A DNA stretch of 64,000 nucleotides from NCBI GenBank assembly GCA_050013255.1, contig JBEKFP010000001.1:1024001-1088000 (forward strand), in the 5' to 3' direction. This DNA is from Candidatus Bathyarchaeia archaeon. GTDB taxonomy: Archaea; Thermoproteota; Bathyarchaeia; 40CM-2-53-6. Shown here piece after piece: positions 19,702 to 29,595 of this stretch. How positions within the stretch are numbered: position 1 is the first letter of the stretch; each line of letters begins with the position of its first letter. A model generated the notes under the pieces. The model ran no database searches. It was not told the origin of the DNA and was given only the letters and a program-made list of their open reading frames with translations. A program made the translations under genes and the position numbers.

Positions 19702-20949
19702 TCAAGAATGAACTTTCGCTTTGATTTGGGCGACTGAAGCTAAGGCTTCTATTGTCGGCTGAATAGGTGATGGCAGGACATATCTTTCCTTCAGAGAGGC
19801 GGTTTCTTTCAAACCGGTTCCCGTGATTACACATACCACATTATCCTGTGGCCCAACCGTGCCATCATCGACTAGATGCCGAAGAGCTGCTACGACGGAT
19901 GCGGAGGCTGGCTCAGCGAAGATACCCTCGCGGCTGGCTAGGAGGGCTTGAGCCTCGAGCATCTCCTTGTCTGTGACGGCGGTTGCGATGCCCCCTGACT
20001 TCTTAATCGCCCTCAAGGCTGCTAGGCCTGTAGGGGGGTGTTCCATGCAGATGCTTGAGGCGATCGTCTGTGGCTTGCTTATAGTGCGTATATGTTCATG
20101 ACCATCTCGCAGCGGTTCCGTCAGAGACTCGCACACACTCGCCTGGACGCCGACGAGTTTTGGCGGTTTCCCTGCCAAGTCCAATTTTTCGAGTTCTTCG
20201 AACCCCTTCCAGTTCGCCGCGATGTTGTCTCCGCCCCCAACTGGATAAAAAACCCAGTCGGGACGGTCTTTGGTTAGCAGCGATGAAATTTCATAGGCGC
20301 AAGTTTTCGCGCCCTCTGACTGGTATGGATTAGTTGGGCCGGACGTAGGTATCGGGTACCAGCCCCATTTATCATAAGCCTCCTTCAGAAGCTCCAGTGC
20401 CGCGTCAACAGGCGCTAGGATTGGGATTACTCTGGCCCCACAAGCCATCCCCTGGTACATTTTCGTTGGACTAGCCGTCGCCGGGACTATTATCCAGCAA
20501 TTCATACCCGCCTTCGCCGAATACACAGCAAGTGATGCGCCAGCGTTTCCAGAAGATCCGATCGACACATCTAAAACCCCACTTTCACGCGCGACGTTAA
20601 TGCCCACGCAAATCGAACGATCTTTGAAAGTCCCTGACGGATTTCTTGTTTCGTCCTTCAGATACAGCCGCTTGAGTCCGATGGATTCTGCCAGGCGATT
20701 GCCCGTCAGTAAGGGAGTGTTGCCTTCTCCTAAAGACACTGTGGGCATCGTGCCTTTGACTGGCAAAAGTAACGAATACTTCTCGATCATGTTGCTTCCT
20801 TTGCCGAACTCCCCTTTCGCTAGTGCATCTGCAACCATGTCCATATCATAGACTACTTCAAGCAATTCATGGTCGACGTCACACTTGAACAGCTTTCCGT
20901 ATTCGTATTCTTTCGAGCAGGAAATACACTTCAGTGCCCTAACAAACAT
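19702..20949 (-). CDS. thrC: Threonine synthase-like PLP enzyme (paralogue 1)
   Basis: N-terminal CxxC, SLGEGNTPL, NPSGTFKDR, SSGNAG, PVGGG, EGIFAEPAS, TGTGLK. Start moved to ATG 20949. Confidence 0.85.
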   Translation of the reverse strand: MFVRALKCISCSKEYEYGKLFKCDVDHELLEVVYDMDMVADALAKGEFGKGSNMIEKYSLLLPVKGTMPTVSLGEGNTPLLTGNRLAESIGLKRLYLKDETRNPSGTFKDRSICVGINVARESGVLDVSIGSSGNAGASLAVYSAKAGMNCWIIVPATASPTKMYQGMACGARVIPILAPVDAALELLKEAYDKWGWYPIPTSGPTNPYQSEGAKTCAYEISSLLTKDRPDWVFYPVGGGDNIAANWKGFEELEKLDLAGKPPKLVGVQASVCESLTEPLRDGHEHIRTISKPQTIASSICMEHPPTGLAALRAIKKSGGIATAVTDKEMLEAQALLASREGIFAEPASASVVAALRHLVDDGTVGPQDNVVCVITGTGLKETASLKERYVLPSPIQPTIEALASVAQIKAKVHS

Positions 20950-21001
20950 CCAAGATTCCTCTCCAAATGACCGTGATCCGATTCCTCGTTCTTCACCTTC
21001 C

Positions 21002-21085
21002 AAGTTCCACTAGTAACTTGAATCGGACATTTCTTGAACGCGCCCACCTGCGCCTAGGTTTTGATATACCCTTCTAGTGGAACTT
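21002..21085. repeat. 12-bp perfect inverted repeat with 60-bp spacer
   Basis: AAGTTCCACTAG (21002-21013) and CTAGTGGAACTT (21074-21085). Confidence 0.75.
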
Positions 21086-21237
21086 TGTATTGATGACTGG
21101 GTGCACGCCGCTGGAGACTTTGGCAATCTTCGACTCGCCCACTTCAATGATTCTATCCCCTGCATCCCATGGCTCTACATTGGCAGATAGCTGACCCATC
21201 TTCATGCTCAACTCATTTTCTCCTCCATATGCAGCAT

Positions 21238-21699
21238 TCAGGTTCTTGATCTCATTCGGGATCTGGTGTAGTCACGTTCGAGTTGTCTCGCGTACTTATC
21301 CCAAACAGCATTAGCATGTTTCGTCCATTGGGCCTTGTTCGCGGCTATCTCCATCTTATTTCTGACTCTGAACGTGACGCTGAGCTGTGTCTTGCGCTTT
21401 CCGACCTTTGACAACTTATAGTCTGCAAACTCGTCATCCTCATCACCAATCCAGTCCAAGTGCCACGCGTTCGGTGGCTTCAACGTCACGACCTTGGCGG
21501 CGTTCAGGGACTTGCCGTTCAGCGTCCTCACTGAAATGATGTATCTGTTCCTCGTCTTCTCCAATATGGAGATCTTCTTTTTCTCGCCTGTAATTTTGTA
21601 GTCATCCTCCCTGAAATCGGTACACCAATCGTAAACGAACTTGACTGGCGCATTAAATATCTTCGACGCTGTTAGTGAGAAGGCTGGTAGCTTTGGCAT
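21238..21699 (-). CDS. Hypothetical protein, SRPBCC/START-like
   Basis: The segment IFNAPVKFVYDWCTDF and a C-terminal helix WDKYARQLE are typical of SRPBCC folds. Confidence 0.6.
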   Translation of the reverse strand: MPKLPAFSLTASKIFNAPVKFVYDWCTDFREDDYKITGEKKKISILEKTRNRYIISVRTLNGKSLNAAKVVTLKPPNAWHLDWIGDEDDEFADYKLSKVGKRKTQLSVTFRVRNKMEIAANKAQWTKHANAVWDKYARQLERDYTRSRMRSRT

Positions 21700-21959
21700 A
21701 ATGAGCCTCGCGAGGGCCGCAGTCTATGTTGCTCAAAGGTCTTTGTACAAGTTTCGATTTCCGGAATTTATGATTTTGTGTGTTAGGTTTCGGTCGAGGT
21801 TTTCTACATATGCCTGGTGGCTTAAATTCTGTGCATGCCAAAGATTGAAGGAATTGATCAACTCGATTTTCGCTTGAATTCTACCGAAGTGACTCATCCA
21901 ATACCCTGATAGCCACTCTCTCACACCCCGTTCACAAACCCCCTTAGGAGGAATGAGAG

Positions 21960-22259
21960 ATGGTTTCTCAACTTAGACGATATACGATCAATAAAGGACA
22001 ACTCGATGACTTTCTTGATGCATGGACTAAGAATGTCGTTCCGCTTCGACGAAAACACGGTTTCAAAGTCGATGGCGCATGGACGATAAAGGATAGGAAT
22101 GAATTCGTCTGGATACTGACATACGACGGCCCGGAACAGTGGCAAACCAAGGTCGATGAGTACTTCTCTTCACCTGAACGCAAAGCGATGAATCCGGACC
22201 CGGGACATTTCGTAGCCAAAATTGAAGAATGGTTCATTTCACCCGTGAATTTCGCATAG
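21960..22259 (+). CDS. NIPSNAP family protein
   Basis: QLRRYTI..G.LD.F..W...VVPLR.KHGF...GAW; preceded by an AGGAGG SD. Confidence 0.85.
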   Translation: MVSQLRRYTINKGQLDDFLDAWTKNVVPLRRKHGFKVDGAWTIKDRNEFVWILTYDGPEQWQTKVDEYFSSPERKAMNPDPGHFVAKIEEWFISPVNFA

Positions 22260-22315
22260 AAACACGTTGCAATAGTCATAACCAGCCCCACGAATTCGTT
22301 CACGAAGGATTAGAG

Positions 22316-23512
22316 TTGAACGAAAGCACATATGCTACTGAATTGCAGTGTGTTGGTTGCGGGTCGAAATACAGGCTTGAAGAAACAGTCCTCACGTGTT
22401 CGAAATGTGGCGAAGTCCTCGACGTAAACTACGATCTAAGCCGTTTAAAGAAGAGAAAATCGTATCGTGAATCACTGAAGGAACGGAGTCACTCGTTATG
22501 GCGTTATCGTGAATTCCTTCCGATACTCTCCGATGACCAGATCGTATCCTTGGGTGAAGGGCTGACACCGCTTGCGAAAGTGCCCCGCTACGCACGCGCT
22601 GTTGAGCTCCATGGTCTGGTAATGAAACTGGATTACCTTAACCCTACCGGGTCTTTCAAGGATAGGGGGACCACGACCAGCGTTTCGAAGTTAAAGGAAT
22701 TGGGAGTCCACACTGCAATGGACGACTCATCAGGTAACGCGGGTTCCTCATTGGCAGCATACTGTGCTGCTGCAGGGATAGAATGCACACTGTACGTTCC
22801 AGCAACTGCGCCCCGCGAGAAACTCACGCAAGCTCAAATGTACGGCGCAAGAATCAACAAGATAACCGGCTCAAGGACAGACGTCGCAAAGGCGGCGGAA
22901 GCCGCTTGGAAGACAACGCGCATTTTTTACGCTTCGCACAATTTGAGCCCGTTCTTTTTCGAGGGAATGAAGACCGTAGCGTATGAAATATGTGAGGACT
23001 TGGTATGGCAGGCCCCAGACCACGTGATCTTTCCAGTCGGGGGCGGAACACTAATGGCTGGAGCTTGGAAGGGCTTTCGAGAATTGAAGGAACTCGGTTG
23101 GATAAGTCGCACGCCGAAACTTCACTGCACTCAATCAGATGCATGTATGCCGATAGTGAATGCTTTCCAAAGCGGCAGCGCGAAAGTTACGCCAGTCGAG
23201 GAAAAAGAAACAATTGCTGGAGGAGTACGAATTTCGAACCCTGGAAGGGGCCAGGAAGTTCTCGGGGCCGTGCGTGAAAGTGGAGGACAAGCTATTGCAG
23301 TAGCGGATGACGCGATTCTAAAACATCAGCAAATGATCGCTAGAAGCGAGGGCATCTTTCCTGAACCAACATCATGTGTACCTTTGGCAGGGCTTGAGAA
23401 ACTCCGCGAAGCAGGCGTTCTGAAAGCCGATGACGTAATCGTTGTACCACTTACAGGGTTTGGCTTGAAAGATGTCACAACTGCAATGGCATCGCTCAGC
23501 AGGAACAAATGA
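22316..23512 (+). CDS. thrC: Threonine synthase-like PLP enzyme (paralogue 2)
   Basis: CxxC..CxxC, SLGEGLTPL, NPTGSFKDRG, DSSGNAG, PVGGG, TGFGLK. Likely TTG start at 22316. Confidence 0.85.
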   Translation: MNESTYATELQCVGCGSKYRLEETVLTCSKCGEVLDVNYDLSRLKKRKSYRESLKERSHSLWRYREFLPILSDDQIVSLGEGLTPLAKVPRYARAVELHGLVMKLDYLNPTGSFKDRGTTTSVSKLKELGVHTAMDDSSGNAGSSLAAYCAAAGIECTLYVPATAPREKLTQAQMYGARINKITGSRTDVAKAAEAAWKTTRIFYASHNLSPFFFEGMKTVAYEICEDLVWQAPDHVIFPVGGGTLMAGAWKGFRELKELGWISRTPKLHCTQSDACMPIVNAFQSGSAKVTPVEEKETIAGGVRISNPGRGQEVLGAVRESGGQAIAVADDAILKHQQMIARSEGIFPEPTSCVPLAGLEKLREAGVLKADDVIVVPLTGFGLKDVTTAMASLSRNK

Positions 23513-23624
23513 GACCTACTGCCTGGACAAAAGACGGGAAAATTAAGAGATAACCAAATTTCCGGATTTGAGAATCACACGGAGAGGTTTAGCATCGACA
23601 TATCCTCAATGATCTCGATACTTT

Positions 23625-24080
23625 GTGGGTACTGAGGAACAAGCCAAGGAATACTTCACTTCAGGTTTCAACTGCGCAGAATCCGTACTGCTAGCCCTAA
23701 GCAAGAAGCTGCTGTCGGGTGACGGCGCGGAGGCGTGCATTCCAATGATGGCTACGGGGTTCGGTGGTGGAATGGCCCTAAATGGAGACACGTGCGGTGC
23801 TTTGAGCGGCGGCATAATAGCAATCGGTTTGGTGCTCGGACGCAACCAACCACTCCAAAGCAGGGACCCGTGTTACAGTACAGTTGATCGCTTGTATCAG
23901 GATTTCAAGAAGGAATTTGGCACCTGCAAATGCTGCGAGCTGACGGGCGTTGACCTGAAGACCGCGGAGGGGCTCAATGCCCTCCACGGCAGGATCAGGG
24001 ACGAACGTTGCAAACCAATTGTTGAGTGGACAGCGAAAAGAACTAGTCAACTCATCCAGGAATTGGCGGGGAACATCTAA
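23625..24080 (+). CDS. C-GCAxxG-C-C family putative redox protein
   Basis: FNCAES, GFGGG, TCGALSGG, C..L.G and a C-terminal Cys. Confidence 0.88.
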   Translation: MGTEEQAKEYFTSGFNCAESVLLALSKKLLSGDGAEACIPMMATGFGGGMALNGDTCGALSGGIIAIGLVLGRNQPLQSRDPCYSTVDRLYQDFKKEFGTCKCCELTGVDLKTAEGLNALHGRIRDERCKPIVEWTAKRTSQLIQELAGNI

Positions 24081-24146
24081 GCAATATAGAGTATAGTCGT
24101 ACCCATTAAGAACTGGAAGAAGACGCTGAAAAATCGTATACTGAAA

Positions 24147-25604
24147 GTGAGCTTGAAATTGAAAGTCCCTTTGGCCGGAAAATACGTCGAAAGCGAGAAG
24201 ACGTTTGATGTCTATGACAAATATCTTGGAACAAAGTTAGACGCGGTTCCTTCGATGGGAACGCGGGAAGTTGACCTGGCTATTGAGGCTGCCGCGAACG
24301 CGTTCACTGATATGAGCCGATTGACTGCATTAGACAGGCAAGATGCGCTCCTTCAAGTCGCAGATGGGTTGATTGAAAGAAAAGGCGGCTTGGCCAAGAT
24401 ATTGATTTCAGAGGGAGGAATGACTGTCAAGCAAGCGGAGTTCGAGGTCGAGCGCGCATCAAAGATTTTCCGGCTCTACGCAACCGAGATACCACACCTA
24501 CATGGCGAGTCAGTTACACTCGATGCCGATATTCGCGGCAAGAACAAGCATGGGTACTGGTTCAGAGTCCCGGCTGGAATCATAGCCGCAATTACAGGAT
24601 TCAACAACCCTCTGGTACTCCTGGCTCACAAACTCGCACCTGCCTTCGCGGTTGGTGATGTGGTAATAGCAAAACCAGCATCGCTTGCACCGATATCCTC
24701 GATAGAAATGTGCAGCCTCTTCACAAAGACCGTCTTACCAGCAGCTGCAATCAGCGTGATAACCGGCGACGGACGACTCCTAGGCCCTCCAATTGTGAAG
24801 AATCGGCGAGTTAGAGTCGTGAGTTTTACGGGAGGAGTCGAGGCAGGAGAGGAAATTGCAAAGGTTGCAGGCCTGAAACGGTTAGTTATGGAGTTGGGAA
24901 GCAACTGCCCGAACATAGTCTGTTCCGATGCCAATCTGGACCACGCGGTAGAATCCCTGGTCGACGCTGCCTACTCCTACCAAGGCCAGAATTGCTTACA
25001 CGCTCAACGAATTTTAGTCCAAGATGGGATTTACGAAGACTTCAAGCAACGTTTTCTCAACTTAGCGTCGAAACTGAAGATGGGCGACCCAAGGCTTGAG
25101 TCGACGGAAATTGGTCCAATGATAAGCGAGCCTGCTGCGAAGAAGGTTGAGGAATGGGTCAACGAAGCGAAACGCTTAGGGGCAAAGGTATTGCTGGGAG
25201 GTGCTCGTTCAGGTGTTTTCTATCAACCCACCCTACTTGAAAGCGTCCCAGCGAACGCCAAAGTAATGATTGATGAAATCTTTGGGCCTGTTTCTTGCCT
25301 GATGAAATTCTCCGACATTAGAGAAGCGGTTAGAATCTCCAACACGTCTGATTACGGCCTTGGGGCGGCTATATTCACGAACAAGTTGGACTTGGTCATG
25401 TACGCAATCCTACATCTTCAATTTGGAATCATAAAGGTGAATGAGAGCACAGATGTTCGCCTCGACATAATACCCTTTGGCGGCTTCAAATCAAGCGGCC
25501 TTGGCCGCGAAGGATTGAAACAGGCCATCGAAGAAATGAGTGAAGTGAAGATGGTCGTCCACAATCTCGACGAACCACATTTCGCGGGGCACATGCAGAA
25601 TTAG
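24147..25604 (+). CDS. Aldehyde dehydrogenase
   Basis: FTGG, MELGSN, GQNC (catalytic Cys), EIFGP, PFGGFKSSGLGREG. Confidence 0.93.
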   Translation: MSLKLKVPLAGKYVESEKTFDVYDKYLGTKLDAVPSMGTREVDLAIEAAANAFTDMSRLTALDRQDALLQVADGLIERKGGLAKILISEGGMTVKQAEFEVERASKIFRLYATEIPHLHGESVTLDADIRGKNKHGYWFRVPAGIIAAITGFNNPLVLLAHKLAPAFAVGDVVIAKPASLAPISSIEMCSLFTKTVLPAAAISVITGDGRLLGPPIVKNRRVRVVSFTGGVEAGEEIAKVAGLKRLVMELGSNCPNIVCSDANLDHAVESLVDAAYSYQGQNCLHAQRILVQDGIYEDFKQRFLNLASKLKMGDPRLESTEIGPMISEPAAKKVEEWVNEAKRLGAKVLLGGARSGVFYQPTLLESVPANAKVMIDEIFGPVSCLMKFSDIREAVRISNTSDYGLGAAIFTNKLDLVMYAILHLQFGIIKVNESTDVRLDIIPFGGFKSSGLGREGLKQAIEEMSEVKMVVHNLDEPHFAGHMQN

Positions 25605-25661
25605 TGGACCCATCAGACCCCAAACCTTTTTGATCTTACCAATCTGTGAGTGATCACACGC

Positions 25662-25742
25662 GTGTCCAATTCCATAGGACTCACAAAGGACCAAATCGAA
25701 ACTCCAGCATTGATAATAGACCTTGAAGGAGGTCGGTTCTAA
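25662..25742 (+). pseudogene. 5' stub of a DSD1/D-threonine aldolase family gene
   Basis: GTG-start 26-aa ORF VSNSIGLTKDQIETPALIIDLEGGRF* matches the N-terminus of 49311..50417 (GTKVEDIDTPALLLDLE); preceded by GAGTGA. Confidence 0.7.
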
Positions 25743-25790
25743 GCGTCGTCCTGGAGCATGCTAAGACAACATTAGTACCTTACGAGTAGG

Positions 25791-27098
25791 TTACCGGAAA
25801 GTTATCTCGGACTGCGCTATTCTCCAAGCGGCGAGCCCTACAGCTTGCGCTACGGCACGGACTGCATTCCAATCGATATTGTCTATGTTCTCGTTGAGAC
25901 TATGGTAGTTGGGGTCGTCGGGTTTCCAGATGCATGTTGCGGGAACGCCGTTCGAATTCAACGCCCCCTCCTCCGGCGTGCCCCAGCTTGCGAACAAATG
26001 GCCGAACATTACGCCGATTTCTTTGCCGCAGGACTCAACATATCCGTTTAGCTTGGCATTGTGGGGAACGGAAGGTTCATCGCTCCATTTTCCTCCGTCA
26101 ATTATCCTTGCAGGGCCGCCGACACCAATCATGTCCATGTCGAGCGCAGCCACCAGGTTGCCGAGTTCTCCCTTCTCACGACGGTTTCGGATGTATTGGA
26201 AGATACCGTCTGTTATTCCCTCTTCGCTTGTGGTTGACAGGAATTCAACCGTTCTTCGAGTTCGCGGTAGTTGTCCGAATATTCGTGCGAGTTCGAGCAC
26301 GGCGACCGTGCCAGTGCCATTGTCATTGGCGCCTGAGCAAGCGCCGTCGTCACGGTGTGCCAGAACTACAATATGCTCATCCGGCTTTTCTGTGCCCTTC
26401 AACAGTCCACGTAAGTTCCAACCCTTTCTAGGTTCAGTCGTGCAGTCAACACTTATTCGGGCTCCGAGCTTTCCATGGCCGATGTGATATAGGAGCGGCA
26501 TCGCGTCGTGGCATCCAATCGTGATGCAAGGGACCTGTTCTTCAAGACTGGGATAGCCGCCGCGCCATCCTTTGCTATGGTCCCACAACCCGAAAGAAGC
26601 TGAGGGTGTGAAGGGCACGGGTGACGTGTGACAGATGACCAGAGCAGTGGCACCCAGCTTCGCTGCTCGGGTTATTTGAAAACCGAGCCAAAACATTGGG
26701 TCGCCAGCGTTCGCCGAGGCGACGGCTATCTTGCCTTTGAGATCGATAGCCTCCATCTCTTTCTCCGTGCCGCCACCTACATACGCGAGTTCTCCCTCGA
26801 CTTCACTACCTTGAGTGGGCTTAGAGTAGTAGGCTGCTTTACAATCTATGCTACGGGACATCGGAGAACTAATTTTGAAAGTTGCTCCACGATATTCGAA
26901 GGTCAACGTTTCGACGGGATCTTGCAAGACGGTTAGTCCGCATGACTGGAAATGCCTTGTAACGTAATCGATTGATTTGCGGTCACCATCGGTTCCAAGG
27001 AATCTATCGCCTATTTCTTCTGAGAGAACTCGATCGTATTCACGCATCTTCCAGCAGTTGATTTCAGATACGATCTTCTCCTCTTCCTTTGAGAGCAT
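25791..27098 (-). CDS. M28 family aminopeptidase with PA domain
   Basis: IGDRFLGT, PA insert, LAHRD, GANDNGTG, SEEG, LDMDMIG, NYHSLND-like YHSLNE. Confidence 0.88.
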   Translation of the reverse strand: MLSKEEEKIVSEINCWKMREYDRVLSEEIGDRFLGTDGDRKSIDYVTRHFQSCGLTVLQDPVETLTFEYRGATFKISSPMSRSIDCKAAYYSKPTQGSEVEGELAYVGGGTEKEMEAIDLKGKIAVASANAGDPMFWLGFQITRAAKLGATALVICHTSPVPFTPSASFGLWDHSKGWRGGYPSLEEQVPCITIGCHDAMPLLYHIGHGKLGARISVDCTTEPRKGWNLRGLLKGTEKPDEHIVVLAHRDDGACSGANDNGTGTVAVLELARIFGQLPRTRRTVEFLSTTSEEGITDGIFQYIRNRREKGELGNLVAALDMDMIGVGGPARIIDGGKWSDEPSVPHNAKLNGYVESCGKEIGVMFGHLFASWGTPEEGALNSNGVPATCIWKPDDPNYHSLNENIDNIDWNAVRAVAQAVGLAAWRIAQSEITFR

Positions 27099-27608
27099 TC
27101 AGATCTCCACTGCGAGGCTCTGGCTGACAACAGTGTGTGCTATTACGGAAGTAGAATCGATGACTCCGCGGATTTTGAAGGCTTCGTAGATGAGGTCGCG
27201 TACTGCGGTTGCGTTCTTCGCTCTTCCTATGATCATGATGTCGTGGTCTCCGAAGGTTTGAAAAACCGATTGGACACCATGCAACCGCGCAATCTTTCTG
27301 GCGATCAAAGCCTCACTCTTGCCTTTCGGTCCTATCTTCAGAGAAGTGATGAAGAGCGTATCCTGTCCCATGCTCGTCGGGTTGATTTTAGCATGGAAAC
27401 CTTCAATGACGCCCCTGTCTACTAGTCGCTTTACACGATAGGATATCGCCACCTTGCTGAGTTTTCCGATTCTCTCCGCAATTTCCTTCATAGACGTGCG
27501 GCCGTCGCGTTGCAGGATTCTCAGTATTTTGCGATCAATCTCATCTAAATCATGCAATTTCGTCCGCCTTACATCTTTTGATGCCAGAGATAAATATGTG
27601 CGGTCCAA
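27099..27608 (-). CDS. Lrp/AsnC family transcriptional regulator
   Basis: LDEIDRKILRILQRDGR HTH, RVKRL..RGVI, C-terminal RAM domain (FGDHDI). Confidence 0.92.
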   Translation of the reverse strand: MDRTYLSLASKDVRRTKLHDLDEIDRKILRILQRDGRTSMKEIAERIGKLSKVAISYRVKRLVDRGVIEGFHAKINPTSMGQDTLFITSLKIGPKGKSEALIARKIARLHGVQSVFQTFGDHDIMIIGRAKNATAVRDLIYEAFKIRGVIDSTSVIAHTVVSQSLAVEI

Positions 27609-28189
27609 ATCCCGAATGTTGATGAACGAGTCTCAGGCATCTCGCTTCAAGTTACACTCATGTTTAGAGTTTGGTCTGTGGATTAGGTTGATTTGCTGCC
27701 GCCCCCAAGCATTAAATCCTGAATACTAGAACCGAAGTGATAAGTTGAAAAACATTCTAGACTTTCAATTATTGCTGTTTACAGAATTCTCTACCGTGCT
27801 TGTGAGGTGGCTGATGTCGGCCTCTGTGTGAGCGTGGACACCATGCGTGTTTTGCACGCACCATCTATAGTCAATGGTCCTCAGGAGGAGTTCGGAAACG
27901 TCCGGCGCTCTTTCATAATGGAACTGCATAGAACTCTCAATGGCATAGGGAGTTCAAAATGTGATTCCATGACCCCTGACGAATTCTCTAAACTATCGCA
28001 CAGTCGTGTCACGACTCTTCCGAAGAGAACCCACCCTGCAACTTATCAAGGCTCCACCTAACGCCCTTACGCATGGGAACTTTTCACGCCCACGTTCTGC
28101 GAAGCCGGTCCTACAGACGGAACCACATCAAAACATTCACCGCTTATCATCCCAAGAAGAAAAATTGACTATCATTTTCGTAATGGTCG

Positions 28190-29266
28190 CTATTCGCCCC
28201 AAACCTTCTCAAAGACTCTCAGAAAGTTTTCTCCCATGACTTTCGCCACGTCCTGATCAGAGTAGCCCCTTGACAACAGGGCATCGGTGATTATCGACAT
28301 TCTCGAAACGCTCTTCAACCAAGGCATTTGCAATTCGTACTGGTATAGGCGTTCTCGACCAGATTTCAAGAAGTCATCTTCGACTTTTCGGAACTTCTCC
28401 GAGGTCAATCCAGGGAATCTCATCCTGTGCTCCAAGACTTGTTCAGGTGTGCTGTAATGATCTTCCCCCAAATCCGATCCGATGCCAACGTGATCTATTC
28501 CTACAAGGTTGACAACGTAATCAACATGGTCGATGAGGTCATTTACCCCCAGCTCATCAGGCCCTTTATCAGTTCGCAGAAACATACCTTCGGGGCATAA
28601 ACCTATGACGCCTGCCTTTTCGGCACACATTTTTATCTGTTCATCTTTAATGTTTCTTGGATGGTCACAAAGAGCCTTCGCATTGGAATGGTCGAAAACG
28701 ACAGGAGCCTTAGAGATCTCCATGACCTCCATGCTGGTCTTGTGGCCGACGTGCGATAGCGATATTAGCATTCTGAGTTCGTTCATTTTTTCTACCCAAT
28801 CGATCCCTAAACGACTCAGCCCGGTGTCTGTGCTTTCCCCGCATCCGTCTCCAAATTGGTTTCGTCTTTGGTAAGTAGGCTGCATCGTCCTCATCCCTAG
28901 TCTCTTAAGCAAATCCAAGGTTGAGAGGTCATCCCCAAGGAATGCTGCGGACTGAGAACCGAGCACGGCGACCACACCACCATTCTTCTTCGCCTCTCTG
29001 ATGTCTTTCACTGTAGTTGCAAGTTTCATTCCGGTAGGTTCCAACTTCTTCAGGTTGCGGAACCAATCGGTCAGTTCTCTGATCGCTCGCATTGCGTCAA
29101 AACGCTCAACGCCGGGTATTGTTATGTGGGTTGCCGTAACTCCGCCTTCCTTGAGCCTTCTCACATATTCCGCATTGAATTCGGCAGGTTGATCAACTCC
29201 GCTCAGCCCGTCGACAATAAGCATTCTTTCATGAAGTTCCTTGGTTCTAGCATTTTGCCTTGCCAT
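28190..29266 (-). CDS. Membrane dipeptidase (M19) family protein, copy 1
   Basis: TYQRRN..GDGC, GLS.LG, LSHVG, HSNA.ALCDHPRN..D, HVGIGSD, GENFLRV. Confidence 0.88.
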   Translation of the reverse strand: MARQNARTKELHERMLIVDGLSGVDQPAEFNAEYVRRLKEGGVTATHITIPGVERFDAMRAIRELTDWFRNLKKLEPTGMKLATTVKDIREAKKNGGVVAVLGSQSAAFLGDDLSTLDLLKRLGMRTMQPTYQRRNQFGDGCGESTDTGLSRLGIDWVEKMNELRMLISLSHVGHKTSMEVMEISKAPVVFDHSNAKALCDHPRNIKDEQIKMCAEKAGVIGLCPEGMFLRTDKGPDELGVNDLIDHVDYVVNLVGIDHVGIGSDLGEDHYSTPEQVLEHRMRFPGLTSEKFRKVEDDFLKSGRERLYQYELQMPWLKSVSRMSIITDALLSRGYSDQDVAKVMGENFLRVFEKVWGE

Positions 29267-29595
29267 ACAGAATCGCTCTCGAAACCCATCGCGTAAAGTA
29301 ATTTAAGATTATCAGCTGGTTTTGTAAACTGAATCTGCGTGACTCAATATACAATGGTCGTAATAGAAGGTTCAAGCGTTTTGCGAGAAAATTCACGTCG
29401 TCCCTTTTTAGACCAATAAGTGGAACGCAGCGTGATTAGAGCAGTCGAGGATTAACCTCCGTGCCTCCCTAACAAATTCGCGAATAAGCGGGCAGAACTT
29501 GAAGACTACCTCTTACTAACTGTCAGTCTTACGAAGAGACCTTTGGGCTCATTCGTCTTGCTGGTTTCTTCCAAATTGACTGCGAAAAGCCCCTT

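Noticed and set aside
25845-26487. Several plus-strand ORFs (up to 192 aa) antisense to the M28 peptidase
   Set aside because: They fully overlap a well-supported gene and show no recognisable motifs.
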